This document shows positions 49,945 to 61,359 of a stretch of DNA of 64,000 bases, one piece after another. The notes under the pieces were generated by a model. The model was given only the letters and a program-made list of their open reading frames with translations, was not told the DNA's origin and did not search any database. The DNA comes from Hydrolagus colliei (taxonomy: Eukaryota): contig CM068745.1 in NCBI GenBank assembly GCA_035084275.1, positions 16,740,001 through 16,804,000 of the forward strand, given 5' to 3'. The number at the start of each line of letters is the position of its first letter. Within the stretch, counting starts at the first letter, position 1. Position numbers and translations under genes: made by a program.

Positions 49945-50450
49945 GAGGTTGGGATTGGTTGGTGTGGAGGGCAGGGAAGGAGGGGTATCAGGATGACCAA
50001 AGGTGTAGTCGAACAGGACGATCTTGAGCCATGCCCTGAAAAAGGCAAGGGACGGAACAAGGTTAAGGGAATGTGGGGTGGAGTTCCTGAGACTGGGTGC
50101 AGTGAGGCTGAAAGCCCAATCACCGATGATGGGGCAGGTAGGGAAGGGGACGTGGAGAAGGCCACAGTCTGCTGAGCCGAGGGAGTGGAGAGGTCAACAG
50201 GTCACAGGGGTAGGAGGAGCAAGGTCATGGAGGGCTTTGAAGGCAAGCATGAGGATTTTGAACTGTATCCTCTGGAGGACAGGGAGCCAGTGGAGCCGGT
50301 CGAGCGAGCTTGGGAGTGATACGGTCATGGAGCCTGGTGTAGGAAAGAACACAGGCTGCAGGGTTCTGAATGATCTGAAGCTTGTCGAGGGAAGAGTTGA
50401 TAAAGACTGACATGCAGGGAGTTGGAGTACTCGAGCCTAGATGTGGCAAA
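49945..50450 (-). mobile_element. L2 LINE fragment
   Basis: LQIIQNPAACVLSYTRLHDRITP motif on the minus strand. Confidence 0.8.
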
Positions 50451-51014
50451 TGCATGGATTGTGTAATGGGATCAATAACATCTACCCAAACAGACAGAAA
50501 CGTGGATTAACATCTCATCTGATAACAATACAGCAGACCCCAGTGCAGCTTTGGAGGGTCAGCCAAGAGTTTTGTGAGTTAAAAGTCCCGACGTGGGGCT
50601 TGAACCCACAACCTTTCAGCTCAGCTGGTAGCTCTCTCATCTGTGAGTCAGAAGGTTGTGGGTTTGTCAGAACTTGGAACTCACATAGTCTAAGAAAGGA
50701 GTTCTCAAAGATTGTCATGGGTCTCCCCAAACTAACACAAAAAACAATTGTACCTTTGCACAATTTCCTAACACAACACAAGGAACTGAAAATCCTACAC
50801 TTTGCAAGAATAGATACATATATTTATGCAAACATATGTGGTCCTAATACAGTACATGAGTATTACACAAGACACAGTTGATAGCATACCTCTTTGATTA
50901 CAGTCACCTGTAATTTTTCAGTCACCTTTCCACTCCCCGCACCCCTCATTCTCATCCCCAGTTCAGGTACCCATTCAAAACTGTCATGCGTTTTGCAGTG
51001 TAATTTATATCATC

Positions 51015-51323
51015 AATAATAATAATCCTTGCATTTGATACAGTGCTTTTCATGTCTTCTAGACGTCTCAAAGCGCTTCACAGAATAAACTGTAAAGTTA
51101 ATTAACTGTATACTTGGGGGCAAAACACAGCAGCCAATTGCGCACAGCAGTGTCCCACAAACAGTCATGGATTGAAATGACCAATTTATAATTTTTTTCA
51201 TCAAGGGATTATTATCAGGCATGTGGAGTAAGGAAATTTGCCCAGGGCTTCGCCCTGCCTGGAATTTAAACCAGGTCTCCCCCTGGCAATGCATGTGCTC
51301 TAACTACTGAGCTACAGGATTCC
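51015..51323 (-). mobile_element. tRNA-derived SINE (short subfamily)
   Basis: Full head, body and (TTA)n tail. Confidence 0.9.
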
Positions 51324-51469
51324 CCTAATATTGTAATGTTAGGAACAAGTTACAACAAATTTGCAATTGGTGAACATCCAAATTTTGTCCTGGATGCAAT
51401 TCTGTTCGCAAAACTGGGAAATACGATCTTTTATAATGCAGATGTATTACTTTTAACGTAATATGTCAT

Positions 51470-51870
51470 TTAATAATCCTTGGATTTGATACAGTGCCTG
51501 CCTTCATCACTTCGCTGAAGCACTTTCAGGCATCTGAAAGCACTTCACAGAACATATTGTAAAGTGACTTGACTGTATATTTTGTGGGTGAAATGCAGGG
51601 CCAATTGCACACAGAAGTATCCCACAAACCGTTGTGGATTGAGCGACCAAGTTGTTATTTATTATTCATTTATATATATATTGAAGGGATTATTTACCCC
51701 TGAAAACCAATCCGCTAATCGACGAATGACCTGGGCTCCTATTTACTGCTAGGTAAACAAAGGTGTGGATTAAGCAAACTTTCCTAAGGTTTCACCGTGC
51801 CCGGGAATCAAACCTCTTGCTTACGAAGCAAGGGAATGCTCTCACGAACACCCAACAGAACTCCTGCAAG
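51470..51870 (-). mobile_element. tRNA-derived SINE (long subfamily)
   Basis: Contains the TGTTTACCTAGCAGTAAATAGGA segment and the tail. Confidence 0.8.
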
Positions 51871-52549
51871 GGTTCATACTGTAATAACAACCCTTGTATT
51901 GACGTAACGCCGTTCACCTCAGGCTTGACGTCTCAAAGTGCTTCACATGAATTACCGGGCGCATAAGTGCATTGTCTTTTAAGCTGTGAACAACAGGACT
52001 CATTGTGTGGCTCTGGCCGGGACATCGGGCTCGATTTAAGCAGCGATGTGGGGGCAAACCCAGCCTTGGGAGAAGGATTAAAACGTTCAGCTCTTTGCTT
52101 GCGACTGACTTTCCCCAGGATGCCTGTTTGCCAACCAATCGCTGATCCACTCTGAAGTTTAGATGATGTCATGGGATCTGAACACTGAGATGAAAGGAAT
52201 TAGGACTGTAACCCCTGGCGCTGGGAATTGCCTCATTCACTCACTCACACTCTCTCTCTCTCTGTCTCTCTCACACACACACACACACTGAGCACTCCAC
52301 AGTACAACGAACAGTCTCAGATAGAACAACTGCACAGCTCAGGCAATCTGGCAAGGCTCGATCTTGTGTGGTGTGTGTGTGTGTATACATATATATTATA
52401 TATATAGAGAGAGAGAGAGAAAAAAAGAGAGACTGGGAGGCACAAGACAAGGGATTGCATCCGAAAAAGACACAGGTACAGTACTGTACAACTCAACTGT
52501 ACAAAAAAAATAGCTTTTGCTGTGGGAGCTACCTGTATTCACTGTAATT

Positions 52550-52680
52550 CTGTTGGGCTTTGATCATTCACTAATCTCTGATCAGATTACTGCAGTCTGA
52601 GGGCACTGGCTGTCCAGACCGCCTCTTTGAAGTTCTAGTTTGCATGGCATTTAAATGTTGCTTTGGATCCTGGAGTTCAG
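52550..52680. promoter_or_regulatory. Putative TNFRSF19 promoter with TCF/LEF sites and a palindromic TATA-like element
   Basis: CTTTGAT at 52558-52564, CTTTGAA at 52625-52631 and CATTTAAATG at 52648-52657, all upstream of the plus-strand donor at 53221. TNFRSF19 is an established Wnt/TCF target in mammals. Confidence 0.4.
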
Positions 52681-53060
52681 AGAGAAGGGGGAGAAGGGGG
52701 GAGGGAGGGAGGGAGGGAGAGAAAGGAAGAAAGAGAGGAGAGATAAGTAGAGTGGATGGAGAGGGAGAGAGAGAGGAGTGATAAGGGAGAGAAAGAGAGG
52801 AGAGATAAGAGAGAGGGGAAAGAAGAAAGAGATCAGAGGGAGGGAGAGAGGATAGATAAGAGACAATAGTGGTGAGAGAAGGGGGAGAGAAGAGATCAGA
52901 AGGAGAGAGGAGAAGGGGAAAGAGGAGAGATAACAGAGAGAGAAGGTGGAGAGAGGAGAGAGGAGAGCGAGAAGGAGACGAGGGGACAGAGGAGAGATAA
53001 CTAGAGAGGGCAGTGAGAAGTAGAAAGAGAGAGAAAAGGAGAGGAGAGGAAAGGGGGAGA
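52680..53060 (+). repeat. About 380-bp polypurine (GA-rich) low-complexity tract
   Basis: Almost exclusively G and A on the plus strand, built from GAGAG/GGAGA units. Confidence 0.9.
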
Positions 53061-53221
53061 ATTCTGCTGGGGTTTGTGAACGTTTCTGGCAGTGGAGAAG
53101 TGAGATTTCCTGGGACCAGAGTCGAACCCCTTTTTTTTGGGGGGGGGGGGTGAAAACACACAAAACAATCCAAAAACCATGAGATTTTAACGCCGCCTTC
53201 GTCGAGAAATAACCTGGTCAG
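53061..53221 (+). other. TNFRSF19: Probable non-coding first exon of TNFRSF19 (5' boundary uncertain, possibly near 52680)
   Basis: CAG|GTAATC donor at 53221/53222 in unique, CpG-containing sequence, 2.6 kb upstream of the ATG exon's acceptor. Confidence 0.45.
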
Positions 53222-53802
53222 GTAATCCATATCGGTTCAAAACAAAAGACGGGATTTTTCTGGGTGGGGAAAAAAAGACATGCTTTTTAATGTTTGCCTT
53301 GTGTGTGTGTGTGTGTGTGGTGTGAGAGAGAGAGAGAGAAAGAGAGAGAAAACCAAGCAATGAATTGAAAGCTAGTTACACCAGACACCAAAGCTCTCGC
53401 CTTCAGAGGTCAAAGCGTTTGATGTTGTGAGAGATGTTCTTGAAGCTGTGTTGCAAACTTTATTGGGGGGTGGGGGGTGGGGGGGGCATTGGCAGGTTTT
53501 GTCTTTTCTGAAACTGCTTTGAAAAATCGTTAGATGTTTTTGTTGTCTGAAGTTGTTGCTGGGGGATTGATTTCCTTGCATCCCTTTTCTTTCCTCTCCT
53601 TTCTCCCCATCTCTCTCTCTCTCCTCTCTCTCGTTTTTCCTCTCTCTTCCCCCTACACCCCTTTCTCCTCTTTCCTGCTGCAGTCCAGTCGTCTTTCTCT
53701 CGCCTCTGAAAATGGTGTTGCTTGAAAGCCATAAGTGACCATTCATTCATTCATTCATACATTCATTCATTCACCCACCGAACACCCTACACTGATCGCT
53801 AT

Positions 53803-54063
53803 AATAATCCCTGCATTTGCTACAGAGCTTTTCACATCTTATCGAAGTCTCAAAGCGCTTCACAGAATACACTGTAAAGTGAATTGACTGTGTGTTTGTG
53901 GGTGAAATGCTGCAGCCAATTGCGCACAGCAGCGTCCCACAAACAGTCACGGGTTGAGTGACCCAATTTATTTGGGGGGAAAGATTATTATCAGGCGTTT
54001 GGAGAAAGGAAACTTGCCCAAGTTTTCAGCCCATCGGGAATCAAACCCAGGTCTCTCGCTTGT
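53803..54063 (-). mobile_element. tRNA-derived SINE (short subfamily, 5'-truncated head)
   Basis: B box, body and (TTA)n tail. Confidence 0.85.
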
Positions 54064-55847
54064 AAAAATGGATTATTAGCTGCTTTTTTTACACACACAT
54101 AGTGGTCGAGGGAACACCTTCACCCATCTTTCATTCAGCAAAACTATTGTGGTTGTTGGCTTGGACTCAGTGAGCCACTAGTTGAGGGTTCTCCGCAGAG
54201 AAAATAACTTAAAAGATTGAGTAGGTGATGGAGATGCAAAGTGTGGGGTTGGCAATGCCAAAATGATTGCAAACACAATTGCTCTTATTTTCCCCTGGAA
54301 TTAGGTAAATTAGCATCTGTATTTAACAGTAATCCTTGTATTTGATATAGTGCCTTATTCTGTCGTTGAGGCTTGTCAAAGCGCTTCGCAGAATATACTG
54401 TGCTTTTTGTGGGCGTAACATATTATAACGATTGCATAATTTTGCGATCTACTGCATGGGATCTGAAGGGAATTTGATTTCAGTGAAATGTAACGTATTT
54501 TATTGAATCGACAACAAATAGACACCGCTTGCTCGTGTAGATTGGTGGTAATGTGATTTAAACTTTGTGCCCCACTATTGGAGTTTGCCTTTTAAAGAAC
54601 TTTACTCGTCTCATAATAGTCGACTATCTAATGGACAGTCCTCTTTTCAAACCAGCTCCTTAATAATAATAATAATCCTTGCATTTGATATGGCACTTTT
54701 CACATCTTCTGGATGTCTCAAAGCGCTTCACGGAATTTGCTGTAAAGTGAATTGACTGTATATTTGTAGATGAAACGCGACAGCCAATTGCGCTTTTGTA
54801 GCACCAGAGTTGCCTGACTAAAACTATGCAAAATTAAAAAATGTTAAAGGAATTTTAAAAATATTGTTAACAAGAAGGAACCCACATGGGTACTTGGACT
54901 GTGTTTCTGCAATATTACAAAGCATACCCTTATAAAGCATAAATATTTATGAGGAGAAATTACACCTAGGTCCTAGATTTACTCTTGTTTATGTTGCATT
55001 TCAGACAATGCAGAATTTGGCAAATGCTATAAAGTAGCCTTAGTTTTGAAGACATTTTCTGTAAATTCTTTTAAGAACTACGGCAAAACAAATGATAAAT
55101 AATTAGAGTAATCCTTGCATTCGATCATTTGATGTAAGGCATTATCATGTGCCAAATGCACTTTTTATGGATTTACTGTAAAATGCAGTGGCTGTGTATT
55201 TTGTAGAATACAAAAGTCGAACGTGAATTCATTGAATTGCCCAATTCCTCATGCTCTGAAGATCACATAAGAGTATTTCTCGACCCAGGTGGAATTTTGG
55301 CCCATCGGTTTGAAGCAGGCTACCAATAGGAATACACAGGGGAGTCATCACACTTTTGAACAGCTGACAAGATTGTCAATATCCAGAATTCGAGTGTATG
55401 GTCAGATCTAGTCAGATTGATAGTTCTCCGAAAGTTGCCAAAGTAAGGGAGCAAAAAAAAGGGCGTGAAATGAAGCGGCATGAGGGAATAGCATTTTGAT
55501 CTTCAGCCTTTTTTCTCCCTGATGCATTATAGTCTTTTGGCCACTGACAAGCGCTCCAGGACTCTACCCCACATAAAAGCTGTTACATGGTTGTTGTTGT
55601 TGGATGCATTTCTTAACTTTTTTTGTGAACATTGTAAATTTGGCAACTTTTGGAAATCTCAATTGGTGCACTCCAAGCATAATTTGCCAATATTGCAATT
55701 AACGAGTATGGTGGGGAATGGGCGTTTGGGAATATCATTCTTTAGCAATTTGTTATATCTCTGGAGGAATTGCCTTTCTGGTGTTGTTTTTATTTTTTTA
55801 ACGTTTTGTTTTCACTTGAAACTAACTTCAATCTCTTTGCATTCCAG

Positions 55848-55906
55848 ATTTACTTATTGATGAAAGGTTCAGGGTGATTCTAACCGGAGAATCCTTTCTG
55901 GGAGGA
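55848..55906 (+). other. TNFRSF19: TNFRSF19 ATG exon, 5'UTR part, containing uORF MKGSG* (55860-55877)
   Basis: Branch point ACTAAC (55821-55826) followed by the TCTCTTTGCATTCCAG acceptor. Confidence 0.7.
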
Positions 55907-55978
55907 ATGTTCGAATTGGGCATATTCCCCAAACAGAAAGTCATGTCCCAGCACCTGCTGATTGCTCTGATTTGTCTG
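55907..55978 (+). CDS. TNFRSF19: TNFRSF19 (TROY) signal-peptide exon: MFELGIFPKQKVMSQHLLIALICL
   Basis: 72 coding nt with a hydrophobic end and CTG|GTAAGG donor. Phase 0 matches the acceptor at 61249. The layout parallels human MALKVLLEQEKTFFTLLVLLGYL. Confidence 0.8.
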
Positions 55979-57719
55979 GTAAGGAGCTGTTGGTTCATTT
56001 GATTTAATCCTTAAAGATGTTTTTACTGCCTGAAATTATAGTGTATCATTTGAAAGCAGTGTGCTCTTTGTGCTCAGATATGATAAGTATGCATTGTATG
56101 TGGTTTTATCTGAGAGTATTAATCATTTACCGAATAGTAAAATACTCCTTAAGTCTTTTTGTCAGGTGAGAGTCGGTACTATTCAAAGTACAGTATATTG
56201 CTGTTAACTTTCTTCTTGGTAAGGGGGTCTAACACAAAGACTTGTTGTCGTGTTTTGAACGTTTGGTCTAAAGTGACTTTGAAAATTTCATGCTGCACTT
56301 ACTTTTGTTGCCAAAAGACACTATCTTGAGAAACGTCGCCAAAATATTTCCTTCAAATTGCTGAGTCCATTGTTAACCCTTAGTTGGGCACATTGGGATA
56401 TTCACTGTGTTAAACTGTGGAGTTTTGTGTTTATTCATCAGGGTCAGGGTAAAGGTTAGGCTAGATAGAAAGTTTATTCAGAGGGGTAAAACGGAACACA
56501 GTCAATCTTGTTATTACAGACTTGCAGAGACCAGGAAAAACAGAGCTCTTCTTATAAGGGATTTGGCTTTATTGAGGTTTCAGCTTATCTGCTTAATATA
56601 ATGAGAGTGTCTGCCTGACCCACAGGATTGGTTAATTCTAATGAAAAGTTTGCAGTCGAGATTTCACTGCTGCCAAACAATATTTGTCTTTGTCTTTTGT
56701 CTTAAATCACCAGACAGACTCGAATCACTGTCAGGGATAGTTCCTGTTCTCTTTGTTTGGAAAAGATCAAACAAAATAATCCAAATGTCTCGATTGCAGT
56801 TTTTTTATTCAGAAAAGAGCAGTGTTCCCTCGCTGACATTTTTTGTCACTGCCTTTTCTTTATCTCCATAAGAATCTCTGGTCCACTATCAAAGGCCATT
56901 AAATAGATCTCTGTACAGCTGCAACATGTCCCTAGCAGCAATGAAGCTGTCAGATTTATAAATCAACCGGTTTCCCGACCTGTAACCAGGGTAACTTAGA
57001 AATAGGGTCGGACAGTAAATCAGTTGTTTCAATAACATTTAATAATATTTTCAAAATGATTTGGACAGAATAATTCAAAGAGGATGGCATGTATGTTGTT
57101 TCTCCATTCCAGATATCTTTGTAGACCTGCAAAGAGTTAGCAATCTCTTAATGTTTTGTACTTCTTAAGCAATTTCCAAGAATCCAGTCAGTATTCCTGT
57201 CTCCCTGTGTGAATTCTGCTGCCATTGCCAGAAGGAATTCCTCATTTGCAAAACTCTAAATTTCTGATTATGAAGTTCCATTAAAAAATATTGTAAATTG
57301 GACTCCAGTAAAATAGGAAAGTTTCAGTACAAAAACAGCTCCAGTGTGACCCAGTTACATTGCATTATACTGGGTCAGTGTAGTGCAGATTTGGATGTAA
57401 CAAATCTGCTTGTTCAAGGGCACTTTAAAGATCCCATGTCATTATTTCAAAAGAGAAGGGAGTTTCTCTTGGTGTTTTCCAAATCAAAACTGGTCATTTA
57501 CTACATGACTTTGTGGGATAGTGCTCTATGCAAAGTGGTGCGCATCCCTCACAATCAACAATTAAGCTTTGAACTACGATTCCCCAACTCTTTGAAACTC
57601 TACCTAAGTCCCTTTACCTTTTTCTCCTTCTCTGTCTTTGAAGCCCTTCCAGAAAACCTCCTCTCTTTGAACTATGCCTTTGGTTGCCTCACTTCCCACC
57701 TTCCCTTGCTGCAGTAAAG

Positions 57720-58112
57720 GTAATCTTATAGAAACCTATAACATTCTTAAGGGGCTTGACAGGGCACAGTGTGAGTCTGTTTCCTTTGGTTGGAGAATCT
57801 AAAACTAGGGATCATAGTCTCAAGATTAAGAGTCAACCTTTTCGAACAGAGTTGAGTTGTTGTTGAGGAAACATTTCTTCACTCAGAGGGTAGTGAATTT
57901 ATGAAATTCTCTACTCCAGAAGGCTGTGGATGCTCAGTCCTTGAACATATTCTATACTGAGATTGATAGATTTCTAAAGGATAGAGGGATTAAGAGATAT
58001 GGGAAATGGGCGAGTAAATGGAATTAGGTTAGAAGATCAGCCATGATCGTATTAAATGGCGAGGCAGGCTCAAAGGGCAGAATAGCCTACTTCTGCAGCT
58101 TATATTCTTATA
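57720..58112 (+). mobile_element. CR1 LINE 3' end, same family as 46520-47305
   Basis: GAGGAAACATTTCTTCACTCAGAGGGTAGTGAATTTATG and AGAAGATCAGCCATGATC are shared with 47050-47240. Confidence 0.88.
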
Positions 58113-58974
58113 TAAACCTGTCCACTCTATCCATTCAGCAGGCTCCATATACCCCACCCGCCCTACCCCATCTTCAGAGGTTGGTCTCTGCCCCTACCCT
58201 TTAGAACTTCATCCCACAGTCCCCTTGGCTCACTCCTTCCCTTGAGTTATCTGCATTAGGTGGCAGTGTAGTGAACACATTACAAATTATTTTTCATGTG
58301 ACTCCTTGATTGGTGTTCAGCTTAAACGTTTATTCTCCCGTTTGAAGATCTATCAAAATCTTGAAGATTCTCGATGTTGTTTATAATGCACAGCATAGTT
58401 TTGCTGCTATGACCTTGACTGGTCCAACATTGCTCAGGGCAATTACAAATTTTTTGTGTAGATCAGAGAGCAAGCAGAGGAGAATCAAAGATATACCTGC
58501 AATCGTGGAGGGAATTTCCAGCAGATCCTTTTCTAACCTAGTATTACAACTTCAGCAAGTGTTCCTATATGTTTTTAACAACTTTGGCGCCAGAGACAGA
58601 CACATGTGCCTGTTTTCCTGAAGACAACTGAATGGGGACACATGTTTCATTTTAAATAGAGCCAAAAGGATTTTCCATTGTTTGTTATCCATTAACAGTT
58701 TAACTGGTGCTGAAATATATTCAGGTCTGAGCTACCCACCTGTTAGCACTACCTGGGGCACTGCCCTGCATGAGGGGCAACTTGTTGTTGTCACAAGTTG
58801 TTGAACTCTGATCTCTGCTTGCGCTGATGGCTTTTCTTATTTGAGTAATTGAGAATAAAATGCAAGTAGACAACTCATTTATTCATGTTACGGAGGGTCT
58901 TGAGTTGTGTCTTGAAGGAGGCAAGACAGAAATTGAAGATATAAGACAGAAATTCAGAGGGCGTGAGAATTTTA

Positions 58975-59180
58975 AAAACCATAGAAAGTTAACAAAACGA
59001 AGGTCAGTTGTCCTACCGTGTCTGCGCCGGCTCTTTTCAGAATAAACTTTCAGACCCATTTACCCGCTCTTTCCCCATACCTCTGTAGCTCAGTCCTACT
59101 AAGTATTTATCTAGCTCCCTTTTGAAAGCTAATATGGATTTTGCCTCAACTACTGCTCCTGACAGGGCATTCCATATCTG
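58975..59180 (-). mobile_element. CR1 3' fragment
   Basis: IWNALSGAVVEAKSILAFKRELDKYL in the minus-strand ORF. Confidence 0.8.
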
Positions 59181-61248
59181 GCTATTGATGGGGAGGTGTT
59201 GAAAGAAAGCAATCTTCAATGATAAGTTTTGAATAACTTTGAACCTTACTAAGACTGCACTATTCTTACTGAATCATTTCCACTGGTTTTGCCTCGCAAG
59301 TGAGTCATTGAAGTTGCATTCAGAAGTGGGTGGCTCCTCACAAAGAAAATCATATATGTGGTGGTCTCAGTTTCCGTGATATGTTTAACTGTCAGGGGCC
59401 ATTCAATCCAGGGATGTGTCTTTAACATCACTGATCTGTATGCATCTTGCTGACACAGATACAGAGTCCCAGAGCCAGCAAACAAAGTCACTCTTGACTG
59501 TGGAAACATCTGCACAACAGCTGGAGGGAATTATCAGCAATCTTGTCTACTGCAAAGGCACTTCTACTGAAAACATCGGATTGGCTCAGAAAACCTGTGC
59601 CTCTTATCACAAGAGACTTCCAACAGTGGAGACAAAGTTTTTGCTTGGTGTTTGTCACCAACACAACAACAATAACTTGACACTTATATATCACGCTTCA
59701 AGTAGCTAGTTTGCCTGTAAATACAGTCACTAACCCTTCACAGTAAGATGCTGATTAAGATTATTAGCATATTAGAGTTTTACAATTGTAATTGGGTTGG
59801 CATGGTCGAAACAGAAAGAAGTGGGGTTTCAAGGCAGGGAAAAAAGGAAAGTGGAGTAAAGAGATTTTGTAAGTGTCCCAGATATCAGAGGTATAGTGGC
59901 TGAAGGCTCAACCATCTGATGGTGAGATAGAGAGCATCAACAAGATGTTGAAGATCAGAACTGGAGGAGTACCTGTGGGAGATCCTGGTTGGTAGAGTTT
60001 ACGTAGGTAGCCCTAGGCAAAGACTTGCAGGTGTAGTTTATTGAGTCTGCTGTTGAGACCTGGACTTCAGGTCTACAGGTCTGATTGAAGGCCCCTTCTG
60101 CCGCCGCTGTTTCCAATTGCTGAAGAGCCAGTGATGGTGGTGGTTTCTTTAACCACTGAGAACTCTTTCACATTGACCATTTAATTGATAGTGGAGGCAG
60201 GAAAAAAGACCAAACAGGCCAAAGTCGTCAGATGTTTAGGCACAGCTCCACTATACTGCTAGGGACAATCGGGAAACATTGTCTGTGAGGTCTGAGCACG
60301 GATTGTGTCATTCTATATGATATTCCACACTCTCATATACTGGAACTTTGTAAATGTGGAGGTCGAAGTTCCACTAAGCTGTTCTCCAGTGTCAGTTATA
60401 AAGCAGCTGGAGGCCCAGTCTTGTCTCTAGTATTGACACCGCTGTAGGCCTTGGGCTATGGAATCCAGCTGTGCAGACAGACAGCTGCACTGCAGTGGCA
60501 CAACACCAACCTGAGTTACCCTGGAGACACATGGCACAGATCAAAGGCAAATTCCACAGTGTCTCACCAAAATCCTATGTGGCACCGGTATCAAACCTAC
60601 AACTGTACTAAATGGGTCACAGCATAAAATTCACCATATTAGTAGCAGACTCGCTGAACTTTTGCAACAAACTCGCCAGTTTTTTCTAACTCGAAAGACT
60701 CATCTGCCAAATTCATTCATTCATTCGTTCATGCCAAACTCGTTCAACTTTATGAAGCTGCATTTACATTGGCTGCAGAATGTTTCTAAACACTGCAGTG
60801 CAGAGGGAAACCGATCTTTCTAGAATTGTTAAAAGCCTGACACGTCTCAGGCTGACACCCCGTTGCGGAGTTGGAAGCAGTCCCTTCAGACGAGACGTTA
60901 AGCCGATTTCAGATGTACGTTAAAGTTAACTGACACTGATCAGAAACAGGAGAGAAATATACTTGGCAAAGCTAGCAGTGTTTTTATTATTAACAATTGG
61001 CCCCCGAGAGGGGGAAAAAAATTGTCATTCACCTGAAGGCTGTTTGTAGGATATTGCTGTGCAAATGACTGCTGCATTTGTCTACAAATACACCTTGTCT
61101 ACAGTAGATTTGGTGAAATGCTTTTGCTGCAATAAAGTGCAATATAAACTGCTTATAATGATTATCATTGTTAAAAACCAGCATTTATTCTGACTTTAAT
61201 ATGTAAGTCTATATGCTTAGACTTAGGAAGCCTGCTTATGTTTCTTAG

Positions 61249-61359
61249 ATTCTTCGAGCTGCTGGAGAGACGGGGGACTGTCGGGAGCATGAATACAGAG
61301 ACCAAGCTGGCAACTGTGTGGCCTGCAAACAGTGCAGTCCAGGGAAGGAACTCTCAAAG
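61249..61359 (+). CDS. TNFRSF19: TNFRSF19 cysteine-rich domain 1 exon: ILRAAGETGDCREHEYRDQAGNCVACKQCSPGKELSK
   Basis: 111-nt exon with TTTCTTAG acceptor and AAG|GTATGA donor, phase 0/0. Homologous to human ESGDCRQQEFRDRSGNCVPCNQCGPGMELSK. Divergent adjacency to SACS favours TNFRSF19 over the paralog EDA2R. Confidence 0.95.

Noticed and set aside
52476-52489. 14-bp palindrome GTACAGTACTGTAC as a steroid response element
   Set aside because: The half-sites are 4 nt apart rather than the 3 required for GRE/ARE, and a similar string occurs inside a decayed SINE at about 19842.
52571-53230. 219-aa Ser/Leu/Pro-rich minus-strand ORF
   Set aside because: It is the translation of the CT-rich strand of the polypurine tract, which is stop-poor by composition.
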